From a virus: a stretch of DNA of 60,471 nt. How positions within the stretch are numbered: the stretch's first letter is position 1; each line of letters begins with the position of its first letter. A program made the translations under genes and the position numbers. Under the pieces are notes generated by a model. The model saw only the letters and a list, made by a program, of their open reading frames with translations. It was not told where the DNA came from and did not search any database. Positions 43,122 through 52,512 of the stretch are shown one piece after another. Where the stretch lies: the IMG/VR virus record IMGVR_UViG_3300025651_000001; one strand, 5' to 3'.

Positions 43122-45316
43122 ACACCCATACGGTATTGGACGGCCATCAGACGGCTCTGGAGCTCAGTGGCCAGCTGCGACTGCGAGCGCCGGAAGCTCT
43201 CGGCGTCCTTGGTTACCACCGTCATCTGGATCTGGATATTGGTGTCACCCCGGCCGCCGCCCTCCCGCTCGCGCTCGCGCTGCTGGCGCGGCGTCTCGAT
43301 GGTCACACGCTCGTTGGGCGAGGCCATGAACTGCACCAGCTGGCTGTCGGTGCCGCCGACGCCGCCCACCATGAAGGAGCCACCATTGGCGAAGCCGGGC
43401 AGATGACCCTTCTTCTGGGCGTTCTTGATGACCTGGGCAACCCCCTGCGCGTAACTGCGGCTGGAGTCAGACACCGCGTTGATGATGCTGTTGTCGCCCC
43501 CGAGGAAGCGACCCAGCACCTGCCGGTAGGCCGTCGCCGCCCACAGGAGCTCGTTCGACCAGCTCAAGCCCAGCTTGCCCAGCTCGTCGTTGAGGTAGCT
43601 GATCAGAACCTGCCGGTAGCCCTCCGGGTTCTGCCGACGCCAGCCCATGTAGTTGTTCCAGCTGGTGCCCGGCTCGTAGGGGTCGAAGTCAACTCTGATG
43701 GGACCGGTTATCTGCCCGAGGCCGATGGAGGAGCCGCCCCCGCCTCCCCGGCCGCCTCCGGAGCCCGAGGAGCCGCCCCCGCCGCCTCCGCCGCCTCCTC
43801 CCCCTCCCACAGACGAGGCCGAGGAGGCAGCCGCCGCTGCCCGCTGCGCAGCGGCGGTGATCTGATTCATCGCTGCGACGACCTGCGACGCCGCCGCCGT
43901 CGCCGACGACGCGAAGCTGGACATGGCCGACTGGAGCTGGTTGAGGGCGCTCATAGCGGTCTGGACGCCGCGCTGTACCTCGCGCCCGATATTATCGCCC
44001 ACGCCCCTGAAGTCATTCTTCATGGTGCTGGACGCATCCTGGCTCTTGACCTTCAGATTGTTCAGAGCCTGCTGGGCAGTCCTGGCGCCAGGCGCGATCT
44101 TCTCGACGTTCTTGACCAGATCAGTCGCGGCCTGAGACGCCGAGCGGAAGTTGGTCGTCGAGCCCCCGGCTGCCTTGCTCAGACCCGAGACTGCGCTCTC
44201 AGAGGCGGACGCGGCGCTGGGGAGGAGGCCCAGCACGTCGAGCAGCCACTCGACGGCGCCGGCCAGCGTCTGGGCAGCCAGCGCGGCGGCGTCCATGACC
44301 GGGCCCCAGCCGTCGAACAGCGTGATGAGCGTCGCCACGGCGCCGATGACCGCCGCCGCCCCGAGGAACAGAGGATTGGCGAGCATCACGGCGGTGAGGC
44401 CGGCGATGGACACGGTGAGCTGACCAATGGTCACGATCATCTGGACGAAGCCGGCCACGATCTGGTACGCCTGCACTGCGAGGAAGGCGGCGCCCAGCGC
44501 AACAACGGCCGGGACGAGGATGTTCACGTTGTTGGCGAGGAACAGGATCGTCTGGCTGAGCAACTGGGCCGCGCCCGTCGCCTGGTTCGCCTCGCCGATG
44601 AACGCGATGGTGTTGTTGCGCAGCACCGTGAACGACTGGCCGATGGTCATCGGCATGGTGCTAAAGACGCGATCCATCTCCGCGCCAAGGTTGTTGATAA
44701 CCTTGAGCACGCGGTCCATGGACAGCAGGCCATCGGCGCCCATCTGAACCAGCTCCTTGCCGGCCGCGCCGAACTCAACCTGGAGCGCCTTGGCCAGGAC
44801 TGCGTTGTTTTCCAGGACAGACCGGAGCTCATCGCCGTTGAGGCGCCCAGCGCCCAGCGCCTGCGAGAACTGCATCATGCTGTTCTTCGCCTCAACGGTG
44901 GTCGCGCCCGAAACCACGAGGGTCTTGTTGAGGATATCAACCACGCGGATCAAGTCGTCATGAGTCAGCCCAAGCCGGTCGGCCTGGAGGGCGAGGCGGG
45001 TGTACATCTTGCCCGTCGCCTCCAGATCAGAGCGCGAGCGGTTGGCCACGTCCAGGAGGTCCCGGAAGACGTTGGCGGCGTTCTCGCCGGGCAGCAGCGT
45101 GGCCTTGATGCGGTTCTCCAGGTTCTGGAAGGCATCCGACATCGTGATGAGCTGCCGGGCCCCCAGCGTAGAGGCGATCAGCCCGAGGGCGCGCGTCAGG
45201 GCATCAATCTGCTGGCGCGAGCGGTCGGCCGCCACGCCGATGTTGGAGAGGTCACGCTGGACCTGCAGCGCGCCGTCCTGCCTGACAGAGATGATGATGC
45301 TCTCATTGATCGCCAT
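43118..45316 (-). CDS. Tape measure protein (732 aa)
   Basis: Long helical protein after the G/GT chaperones. Hydrophobic central segments and an internal poly-Gly/Ser run. Confidence 0.85.
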   Translation of the reverse strand: MAINESIIISVRQDGALQVQRDLSNIGVAADRSRQQIDALTRALGLIASTLGARQLITMSDAFQNLENRIKATLLPGENAANVFRDLLDVANRSRSDLEATGKMYTRLALQADRLGLTHDDLIRVVDILNKTLVVSGATTVEAKNSMMQFSQALGAGRLNGDELRSVLENNAVLAKALQVEFGAAGKELVQMGADGLLSMDRVLKVINNLGAEMDRVFSTMPMTIGQSFTVLRNNTIAFIGEANQATGAAQLLSQTILFLANNVNILVPAVVALGAAFLAVQAYQIVAGFVQMIVTIGQLTVSIAGLTAVMLANPLFLGAAAVIGAVATLITLFDGWGPVMDAAALAAQTLAGAVEWLLDVLGLLPSAASASESAVSGLSKAAGGSTTNFRSASQAATDLVKNVEKIAPGARTAQQALNNLKVKSQDASSTMKNDFRGVGDNIGREVQRGVQTAMSALNQLQSAMSSFASSATAAASQVVAAMNQITAAAQRAAAAASSASSVGGGGGGGGGGGGSSGSGGGRGGGGGSSIGLGQITGPIRVDFDPYEPGTSWNNYMGWRRQNPEGYRQVLISYLNDELGKLGLSWSNELLWAATAYRQVLGRFLGGDNSIINAVSDSSRSYAQGVAQVIKNAQKKGHLPGFANGGSFMVGGVGGTDSQLVQFMASPNERVTIETPRQQREREREGGGRGDTNIQIQMTVVTKDAESFRRSQSQLATELQSRLMAVQYRMGV

Positions 45317-45744
45317 CAGAACACCTTCGCCGCGCGGACCCGCGTGACGCCTGCGACCAGAGCCTGCTGGACAAAGCCGCTCGGCGCCTGAGACGACTTG
45401 CCATACTCCAGTTCGATAATATACGGCGCATTGTTGACGATGTAAACCACGTCAGTCAGACGGGCGCTCATGATGGTCGGTAGACCGGCGCGGATGGTCG
45501 TCTCTGCGTTGAGGCTCTTTGTGGACCCCTTGACGCCGGGAATGTAGGGCTCACGGTAGGCCGACGACGGGGAGCCCAGCGTCACCGTCCAGTTGGAGAT
45601 GGCGCGGCTCGTGTCCGCAGGGGTGCCGTGAGCAACGCTCTCCAGGACACCGCGCGACGCCTCCTGGATCGCCTTCTCAACACCTCGCGTGACGCGCTGT
45701 GAGAGGTTCTGGAAGCGCGCTGTGTAGTTAGTCGATCTGGCCAC
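45316..45744 (-). CDS. HK97 gp10-like tail-completion family protein (142 aa, GTG start)
   Basis: Motifs GTPADTSRAISNW and NNAPYIIELEYG. GGGGAGG RBS. Unusual position between GT and the tape measure. Confidence 0.55.
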   Translation of the reverse strand: MARSTNYTARFQNLSQRVTRGVEKAIQEASRGVLESVAHGTPADTSRAISNWTVTLGSPSSAYREPYIPGVKGSTKSLNAETTIRAGLPTIMSARLTDVVYIVNNAPYIIELEYGKSSQAPSGFVQQALVAGVTRVRAAKVF

Positions 45745-46530
45745 GGAGGCGCCTCCCCATCCTGTTCCGACGGCCCGGTCGCTCGCGGGTCTTTGACGCC
45801 TGCTGGCGCTTCCGGTTGAACCAGCCCAGGTAGGTCTTGTCCAGCTCGCCGACCAGGAAGATCGCCATGTCCGTGCCCTCCTCGTCGATGCCGTTCCACT
45901 GACACCAACGGATGACATCAAACATAGAGATAGCCTCAGCGCCCTCAGAGGTAAAGCGGCGCTGGCGGTGGAGGTCGTTGAAGAGTATCATCCAGAGCGC
46001 CAGCCCGGTTCCGAGAACCGGGGGATTGGCGAACTTCGGCGGGATCGGAGCACCGCTGCGGCGGCACTCCTCCAGCACCTGACGCTCAACCGGAGCCTGC
46101 TCCAGCTCGTAGAGCAGGCACTCAGTCAGTTTTTTGCGGCGGCCTCCAGATTGGCCTGGAGGAACAGCGCGGCACGCTGGGCCTGGGCCTGGATGTCCAG
46201 GAACAGGTCGGGGAGGTCCAGAAGCAGCTGCACCACGTTGTCGAACGTGTAGGGAAGCGGCTCCCCGTCGCGGCCAATGACGTCTTCCCAGCCGAGGATG
46301 ACCGTCTCAGCGAACACCTCGGCCATCACGCGCTCGATGACCTTCGGATCGATGGTGCCGTTGTCCAGCGCCCGGCGGTAGGGACGTGTCTTGCGCTCCA
46401 GCACGGTCGCGAAGCGGCGGTTGGCGCCTCCGGCCCGGGCAATCTTGATGCGGCCGGCGTCGCCATAGTCGAGCCAGATGCCGTTGACCTCCAGGTCCTC
46501 AGAGGTGCCGAACTGCTTGTAGAAGCTCAT
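45728..46530 (-). CDS. Tail assembly chaperone G-T fusion made by a -1 frameshift at 46129-46135
   Basis: The -1 frame is open from the slippery site through ORF 45728-46078, checked codon by codon. Confidence 0.7.
46126..46530 (-). CDS. Tail assembly chaperone G (134 aa)
   Basis: Lies between the tail tube and tape measure genes. Ends with the slippery heptamer just before the stop. Confidence 0.75.
   Translation of the reverse strand: MSFYKQFGTSEDLEVNGIWLDYGDAGRIKIARAGGANRRFATVLERKTRPYRRALDNGTIDPKVIERVMAEVFAETVILGWEDVIGRDGEPLPYTFDNVVQLLLDLPDLFLDIQAQAQRAALFLQANLEAAAKN
46129..46135 (-). other. Programmed -1 ribosomal frameshift slippery heptamer A_AAA_AAC
   Basis: The - strand reads GCA AAA AAC TGA. 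The heptamer sits immediately 5' of the G stop codon. Confidence 0.75.
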
Positions 46531-46584
46531 GGTTCTCTCCTCGTTTGGCAGGGGGCGGGGGGCCGCTCACCCCGCCCTCTCTCG

Positions 46585-48111
46585 TCAGGTGTCGGCGCGG
46601 TTGGGCAGGTAGTCGTAGAAGACCCAGAGCATGGTGTGATCCATGTTCGGATCGTACTTGGCGCCAGTCGCCGCCTGCAGCTCCAGCGGCAGCGTGACAG
46701 CCTCGTCCTGCTCCACGTTGGCGAGGCCGTCGCCCAGGGACAGCAGCGGGAAGTCGATGCTGATGCCAGCGTTCGCCTTGACCAGATGCAAATCAAAGGT
46801 CACGTCGGCGTTGTCCTGGACAGCCTGGATCGCCTCAACATTGGTGAAGTAGGCCGTGAGCTCACCGCTCACCTCGAAGGTGCCAGCTGTGACATCGAAC
46901 GCGCCCAGCACCGACACAGCCTTGTTGTAGCTGAGGTTGTTATTGATGCTGATCGAGCCCTCCTGGATGTACGCGAACAGGTTGGAGGGCGTCGAGGTCG
47001 TCGGATCGATCACGCTGAGGTTGATCCGCGCCACGTCATTCGCCGCGTTGAAGGCGTCCGCCTCGGCGATCTGCGGCCGGGTGCCGGCCTTGAGGCCCTG
47101 GGCGGCCGTGCGCGTCTCATGCTGGCCGGCGAGAAACGACATTTCAGTGGTCAGGATTTCACCCGTCTGCATGTTCAGCGTGAACTCGCTGGCGATACAG
47201 TTGGTGATGTACTCAGCCTGGAGGTCGCCGGGGTTGGCGTCGTCGGGAGCCCCGAGGGTCCGCTCAAACTGGTAGGTCCGGCGCTTGATCAGGGAGCCCG
47301 TCTCGTTCTTGAGCACGCGGCCGAAGAAGATCTTGATGGTCTTCGATCCGCCGGCCTCGTCAGCCATGGTCCCCTGGGACTTGTCGAAGACAATCTCATT
47401 CTGGCTCACGGACTTGACGCGAACGAAGCCGTTGTTGCCGGGAGTGTTAAACGACTCAACGGCGAGGTCGCCGCCGATGTAGATCCATTCGCCAGGAATG
47501 AGACCGAAGTCCCGGCAATCCTTCACCGTGGTCGTCAGGCGCGGGAGGACGCCGCCGCCCGGGGCGCTGATCTCCGCGTCGCCGGCGTCGAACTGGAAGC
47601 CCACGCGCACCACGGTGCCGTTCTGGCCGCTGCTGGCCACCAGGGTCTCGGTGACCGGGATGGTGGTGGCCGAGCCGCCGCTGTCGACGTGCTTGAGACC
47701 GTTGTTGGTGGGCTCGTCGAAGCCCTTGGCAAACAGCAGATCGCCAGCCACGTAGCCGTCGCCTCCGCTGGCCACGGTGTAGGCCGAGGTGGTGGTGTCG
47801 GTGGACGGCAGCTCGTTCTTGCGCCGCATGTCGGCGAACATGAAGCCCTGGAGCAAATCCTGCAGGTTCTCCTGCGTCAGGTCCTGCTCAAAGCCGGCGG
47901 TCGCCTCCAGGTCCACCACCACGCCCTTCTTGCGCTGGCGGGAGGGATTGATGGGGTTACGGGCGACCGTGGTCACCTCGCCGCCGAAGTCGTCATAGCT
48001 GTTTGGCTCCAGAGGGGTCCAAACGGGCGTCGGAGGCAGCACGCCGGGGCTAGCTTCCTCCGCGTAGCGAAGGCCGGTGAAGTTGGAGTCAATCTTCTTG
48101 ACCTGAGCCAT
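46585..48111 (-). CDS. Major tail (tube) protein, large form (508 aa)
   Basis: Directly upstream of the chaperone genes. No sheath gene is present. Confidence 0.55.
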   Translation of the reverse strand: MAQVKKIDSNFTGLRYAEEASPGVLPPTPVWTPLEPNSYDDFGGEVTTVARNPINPSRQRKKGVVVDLEATAGFEQDLTQENLQDLLQGFMFADMRRKNELPSTDTTTSAYTVASGGDGYVAGDLLFAKGFDEPTNNGLKHVDSGGSATTIPVTETLVASSGQNGTVVRVGFQFDAGDAEISAPGGGVLPRLTTTVKDCRDFGLIPGEWIYIGGDLAVESFNTPGNNGFVRVKSVSQNEIVFDKSQGTMADEAGGSKTIKIFFGRVLKNETGSLIKRRTYQFERTLGAPDDANPGDLQAEYITNCIASEFTLNMQTGEILTTEMSFLAGQHETRTAAQGLKAGTRPQIAEADAFNAANDVARINLSVIDPTTSTPSNLFAYIQEGSISINNNLSYNKAVSVLGAFDVTAGTFEVSGELTAYFTNVEAIQAVQDNADVTFDLHLVKANAGISIDFPLLSLGDGLANVEQDEAVTLPLELQAATGAKYDPNMDHTMLWVFYDYLPNRADT

Positions 48112-48123
48112 AACGGCCTCCTG

Positions 48124-48603
48124 TCACGCGATCTCTGTGCGCTCAAAATCGGCCATGACGTTGATCTGGTAGAACAGACCGTCTCGACCAATCTCAGTGT
48201 AGCGCACGTTCCTGAACCATACATCCCTTATAGCTCGTCCCTGGAAAGCAGACAAGGCGACCTGCGCGAGACGCTGGGCCACAAGGCTGTTCCGGCCGGC
48301 GCTCATCGGGGTGAGGGTCTGGACGATAACCACGCCGTAGTGGTTGAAGCGTCGGCCGCCGGGCTCGCTGAGCGAGCGCTGCTGGCCGTTGACGTGGCGG
48401 ATGATGAAGCGGGCAAACGCCTTGTTCGGGGTCGGCGGCGCGGGCGGTGGTCCCGGCGGCCCAGCCGCCCCGTTGTACAGGTCCATCTGGGCGCTCTCCC
48501 AGATGACCTCAGGGACATAGCCGACGATGGACGGCGTGTCGGCCTTCCATCTGTCGAAGAAGATCTTGGAGATGAGGTCCGTGGCCTCGACAATGTCGCT
48601 CAT
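48124..48603 (-). CDS. Tail terminator / head-tail joining protein (159 aa)
   Basis: Called from position only. Confidence 0.4.
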   Translation of the reverse strand: MSDIVEATDLISKIFFDRWKADTPSIVGYVPEVIWESAQMDLYNGAAGPPGPPPAPPTPNKAFARFIIRHVNGQQRSLSEPGGRRFNHYGVVIVQTLTPMSAGRNSLVAQRLAQVALSAFQGRAIRDVWFRNVRYTEIGRDGLFYQINVMADFERTEIA

Positions 48604-49028
48604 CGCTGCGCCGTCCTCCGCAGGATGTCGCGCAGGATCACGGTGTTCGGCAGCTGCGTCTTCTCGCGCAGCTGGAGCTCATACATGATGCGCTGCTCGT
48701 TGGGCATGAGCACCGGCGCGTTCTGGATCGCCCAGAAATGATCGCCGTCCATGATGATATCGTCCACCTGGGGCTCAATAGGCAGCCCATCGGCGGCGAG
48801 GTAGCCCTGCAGGTCAGTGCGCAGGATCTGGGTCCCGTCCACTCTCGTCGCCGGAAAGCTCAGAAACACGACGTAGACTGGCCACGCCTGCGCCGTCGCG
48901 TCGCCCGGGCGCCACGGCATGTCGGGGTCCGGCGGCGGCCCGTTCTCGACACGCACGAGCTGCACCAGCCGTCCGTTCTTCTGTATGAGCCGGGCGGCGA
49001 GGGCAATCGCGCTGTCGAAGCGTCCCAT
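48600..49028 (-). CDS. Head closure / head-tail joining protein (142 aa)
   Basis: Called from position. ATGA overlaps on both sides. Confidence 0.4.
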   Translation of the reverse strand: MGRFDSAIALAARLIQKNGRLVQLVRVENGPPPDPDMPWRPGDATAQAWPVYVVFLSFPATRVDGTQILRTDLQGYLAADGLPIEPQVDDIIMDGDHFWAIQNAPVLMPNEQRIMYELQLREKTQLPNTVILRDILRRTAQR

Positions 49029-49555
49029 CAGGTCCTCACGCTGTTGCGAACGTTGGAGCTACGGGCGAGACCCGAGGCGAGGACCAGACGGTCAGCCAGG
49101 GGATAGATGGGCATCGTGTAGGCGTTCGTGGCCGAGTAGGATGTTTCCTCCTCGATGGGCCCCACCTTCTCACGCTTGGACGTGACGAGCCTCTGGCTGG
49201 CATCGCTGGGCGGCGCGGGCATCAGATCGGAGGTCATGGCCAGCAGGGCGTACTCAGCCGTGGCCCGCTTGATGACGTAGGGGATACCCTGGACTAGCTG
49301 CTGGCTCGCATCGATGGCGTCGAGGCGCGGCCACTCAGTCGTCTGGATGCGGTAGCTGTTCTGGCGCTCGCCGACGTAGATGAAGCGCGCGTCCACGTAG
49401 TCGGTCGCCTTGACAATCGCCTGCTGCTTCTGGGCCTCGGTGAACCCTGAAGTGTCCACGCCCCGGTCGGCGTGGTAGTTGTCGAAGAAGCTGACATCGA
49501 TGTAGGCGTTGGCCCCGGGGGCCGTCCCGCTGTCATTCTGGACAACAAAGGCCAT
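49028..49555 (-). CDS. Head-tail connector (gp6-like adaptor) protein (175 aa)
   Basis: Called from its position after the capsid module and its general size. Confidence 0.4.
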   Translation of the reverse strand: MAFVVQNDSGTAPGANAYIDVSFFDNYHADRGVDTSGFTEAQKQQAIVKATDYVDARFIYVGERQNSYRIQTTEWPRLDAIDASQQLVQGIPYVIKRATAEYALLAMTSDLMPAPPSDASQRLVTSKREKVGPIEEETSYSATNAYTMPIYPLADRLVLASGLARSSNVRNSVRT

Positions 49556-49601
49556 CAGAACCTCCCGAGGGGAAGAAGGCCCCCAGTTGGGGGCCTCCGG
49601 G

Positions 49602-50012
49602 TCACTTCTTCACTTGTTCCTGGGGGCCTTTCGATCCGCCCCCGGACTTGGTCGCGCTCCCTGCCCCAGCCTTGGGGACGCCACCTGCGCCCCCGTCATT
49701 TGGGGCTGGTGACCCTGCGGGCGCCGGGTCCCCGTTACCACCATCCGGCCGGGCCCCACCAGATGCCCCTTGAGCCAGAACGCCATCGCTGGTTTCCTTC
49801 TTCTGGTAGCTCACGCCCCCAGCCTGCATCTCCTTCTCGGTGAGCTCCCTCATCGTGGCCTGGTAGCTCACCTCAAAGTAGCGGCCGAGGTTGCGAGCCT
49901 GCTGTTCGGAGCCGGCGAAGACCAGCTTGCCGTCCACGAAGTCTCGGTTGTTCAGACGCCCGGTGAAGTCCTTGTGGGGCCCACCAAGCTGGATCAGGTA
50001 CATACCGCCCAT
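49602..50012 (-). CDS. Hypothetical structural protein with a Gly/Ala/Pro-rich tail (136 aa)
   Basis: Lies in the head module. Low-complexity C-terminus. Confidence 0.55.
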   Translation of the reverse strand: MGGMYLIQLGGPHKDFTGRLNNRDFVDGKLVFAGSEQQARNLGRYFEVSYQATMRELTEKEMQAGGVSYQKKETSDGVLAQGASGGARPDGGNGDPAPAGSPAPNDGGAGGVPKAGAGSATKSGGGSKGPQEQVKK

Positions 50013-50033
50013 TGCTTCTCCTCCTCACCCAAG

Positions 50034-50585
50034 TCAGCGAGTGCGCAGGGCCGCTACCACGTTGGAAAGCGTCGCGCCAGACGCCGGGAGGACCACCGTC
50101 AACGGGTCTCCGGCGTCGCCGCCGTCGGTGATGGTACCGATGAAGCCGTCAATGGGGGTCTGGCCCCAGGCCGGGGTGAGCTCGACGAGCACGAGATGAT
50201 CGCCCAGGTTGTCGTCAGTACCAGCAATGGTGAGCGTGCTGGTGCCGGCGTCGTAGGACGCATTGGCGATGGGGCCGGTGTTATTGAGAGCCGCGACCGC
50301 AGCCGCCGCCAGAAGGTCGATGGTGTCGCCCTCCTCGCCAACCACTGTCACGTCCACGTCCGTGCCGTAGACCTTGATGCGCAGAGCCCAGCCGGCATAG
50401 TCGGCCGTGGCCTTGATCTCGGTGACCGTCGCGGCGTCCCACATGGCGGCGCTATCGCCGTCAAAGAGGGCCTTGGCGGCCGACCGGGCCCCGGTGGCAT
50501 CGGCGGCGAAGACCACCAGGACGTTGGATCCGCCCTTGAGAGACTGGCCGCCCTCAAAGGGCGCCTGGACCAGATAAGCAGGCAT
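50034..50585 (-). CDS. Possible head decoration protein (183 aa)
   Basis: Immediately downstream of the major capsid gene. Confidence 0.4.
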   Translation of the reverse strand: MPAYLVQAPFEGGQSLKGGSNVLVVFAADATGARSAAKALFDGDSAAMWDAATVTEIKATADYAGWALRIKVYGTDVDVTVVGEEGDTIDLLAAAAVAALNNTGPIANASYDAGTSTLTIAGTDDNLGDHLVLVELTPAWGQTPIDGFIGTITDGGDAGDPLTVVLPASGATLSNVVAALRTR

Positions 50586-50635
50586 CGTCTTATCTCCCGC
50601 TAGAGGTGGGAGAGGGGGCCAGCGGCCCCCTCCAC

Positions 50636-51553
50636 TCAGTTGCGGATGCCATCCGCCGCCGCGATGCCCAGCTCAGAGAACAGGGCCAGGGCGCAGTACC
50701 ACTTCACACGGGTGATGTTGTTGTCCTTGGTCTCGGACTCACCGATGGGCACCACGTTGATGCCGGCCATGCGCTCGGCGGTGAGGCCGGCGATGCCGTA
50801 GCTGCGGGAGCCGTCATCGAACGTGCCCGCCCAGATGGTCGTGGTGTTGGACGAGGTGCCCTTGGACTGGTTCACCGGGATGTAGTCATTGCGGAAGATC
50901 GGAACGCCCCGGTACATCGGGACCTGACGACCGCTCGGCAGCGTCATCGTCTCGTTGATGCCCGCCCCGCCCAGAGAGCGCAGCAGCGAGAAATAGCTGC
51001 GGATGGTGCGCGAGGGCATCATGAAGTAGTCCACCTGGCCGTCCTTGTCGATGACAAGGTCGATCAGGTTGTCCAGGATCTCAAAGGAGAGGTCGGAGCC
51101 GTTCGGGCCCGTGTCAACCTTCTGGCTGTTCGGGGTCAGGACCAGGAGGCCAGCGAACTCGTCGTTGGTGCCAGTACCGTTGATGAGCATGTCCTGGTAC
51201 TTGCGCGCAACGCTCTTGGCCTTGGACGCGACCTGGATGGCTCGCTGGTCATTGACGTTCGAGCGGGTGGCCTGGATGAGGCCGTTGACCTCGGCGTCGC
51301 CGATGATCGTGGTGAGCGAGACGGTCACCTGATCGAAGGTCGCCGGGTTCTTGGCAGTGATGGTGTCGTCGACACCCGCCACCTGGACATCGCCCAGCAC
51401 CAGCTCGCGGTTGTAGGCGAGCGCGTTACCCTCGATGCCGTCGAACGGCAGCAGCTCGAAGATCGGGTTGACGCTGACGATGCTCTCGATGACGCCCGCG
51501 ACAAGCTCGTCCTGGCTGAGCTTGGCCGACTCAGAAAGGGTCACAGAAGCCAT
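50636..51553 (-). CDS. Major capsid protein, HK97-fold type (305 aa)
   Basis: Follows the scaffold gene. N-terminal KLSQDELVAGVIE...NPIFELLPF pattern and overall size. GGAGCG RBS. Confidence 0.75.
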   Translation of the reverse strand: MASVTLSESAKLSQDELVAGVIESIVSVNPIFELLPFDGIEGNALAYNRELVLGDVQVAGVDDTITAKNPATFDQVTVSLTTIIGDAEVNGLIQATRSNVNDQRAIQVASKAKSVARKYQDMLINGTGTNDEFAGLLVLTPNSQKVDTGPNGSDLSFEILDNLIDLVIDKDGQVDYFMMPSRTIRSYFSLLRSLGGAGINETMTLPSGRQVPMYRGVPIFRNDYIPVNQSKGTSSNTTTIWAGTFDDGSRSYGIAGLTAERMAGINVVPIGESETKDNNITRVKWYCALALFSELGIAAADGIRN

Positions 51554-51703
51554 TTAAGTCGCTCCATGAGATAGCAGTTGTATCTACCACCCCTGGGCAG
51601 ATCACCTGCGCTCCATGGGCCGACCGGATCACCCTGCAGCCCCTCGGGGTTGTATATGCATAACCGATTGGGTCGGCGCCGTCAAGCGCCGACCCAATAA
51701 CGT

Positions 51704-52465
51704 TCAGCGGCCCAGACGGTCGAGACCGCGAGCGATCTTGCTCACGGCAGAGCCCGGGGGCTGCGGCTGCGGGATTGTGCCATTGGCGCGCTGGGCGCCC
51801 GGGGCCGCACCGCCTCCGCTGGGCGCGTCGCTCTCGAACAGGCGGCCGTACACCTCGTTGCTCTTGAGCTCCTTGACGAGGTCGTGCGGCGTGAGCGGCT
51901 GGCCCGTGGTCGGGCTCACCCGCACATCGCCGTCCCGGTCGACAACCACAACCTGGTAGCCGTCATCCTTCTTGACCGCGCGCAGCGAGCCCACCACGAA
52001 GGGCTTGACCAGATCGGGGATGCCCTTCTCGGCAACGATGGCCTGGACGGCCTGGGCCTCGACAATGTAACGGTCCACGGCCCGCAGGGCCTCGTCGCGC
52101 TCGCGCTGGGCGGCCTCCAGTTCCTTCTGGAAGGCGGCCTTGGCCTCGCTGCGAACCTTGTCGATCTCCACCTTCTGGCCCTTGAGGGACTCATATTCCG
52201 CGAGGCGGGCCGCCACCGTTTCGGCGATGGCCTGCGGAGTGTCGCCAAATTCCTTGAGCGGGCTCAGATCAAGCGACGCCTTGACGTCCTTGACCTCCTT
52301 CCGCAGCGCCGCGTTGGCGGTATTGAGGCCGTCGATGGCCTTCGTGACACTCGCAAGCTCGGGATTGAGCTTGTAGCGATCACCGTCCTGCACATAGAGC
52401 GGCCGGAAGTCTTCCGGGACGATGGAGAGGTCGTCAACCTCGGGATTTGCCGCAAGTTTCCACAT
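51704..52465 (-). CDS. Scaffolding protein (253 aa)
   Basis: Lies between the portal and capsid genes. Long Ala/Glu/Lys coiled-coil region. Confidence 0.6.
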   Translation of the reverse strand: MWKLAANPEVDDLSIVPEDFRPLYVQDGDRYKLNPELASVTKAIDGLNTANAALRKEVKDVKASLDLSPLKEFGDTPQAIAETVAARLAEYESLKGQKVEIDKVRSEAKAAFQKELEAAQRERDEALRAVDRYIVEAQAVQAIVAEKGIPDLVKPFVVGSLRAVKKDDGYQVVVVDRDGDVRVSPTTGQPLTPHDLVKELKSNEVYGRLFESDAPSGGGAAPGAQRANGTIPQPQPPGSAVSKIARGLDRLGR

Positions 52466-52512
52466 GGAATCACTCCAAAGTTGTGGGGATCACCCCCGTC
52501 TGTGCCGCCGCG

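Noticed and set aside
43735-43810. GC-rich low-complexity run (poly-Gly/Ser coding) inside the tape measure gene, considered as a separate repeat element.
   Set aside because: It is in frame within a continuous 732-aa ORF. Gly-rich linkers are common in tape measure proteins.
43136-45391. Very long antisense ORFs opposite the structural genes (for example 43136-45391 +, 46636-48741 +, 52447-54201 +, 38129-39169 +).
   Set aside because: These are typical high-GC shadow ORFs: Arg/Gly/Ala/Pro-rich, without RBSs, and opposite genes with clear functional motifs and operon logic.
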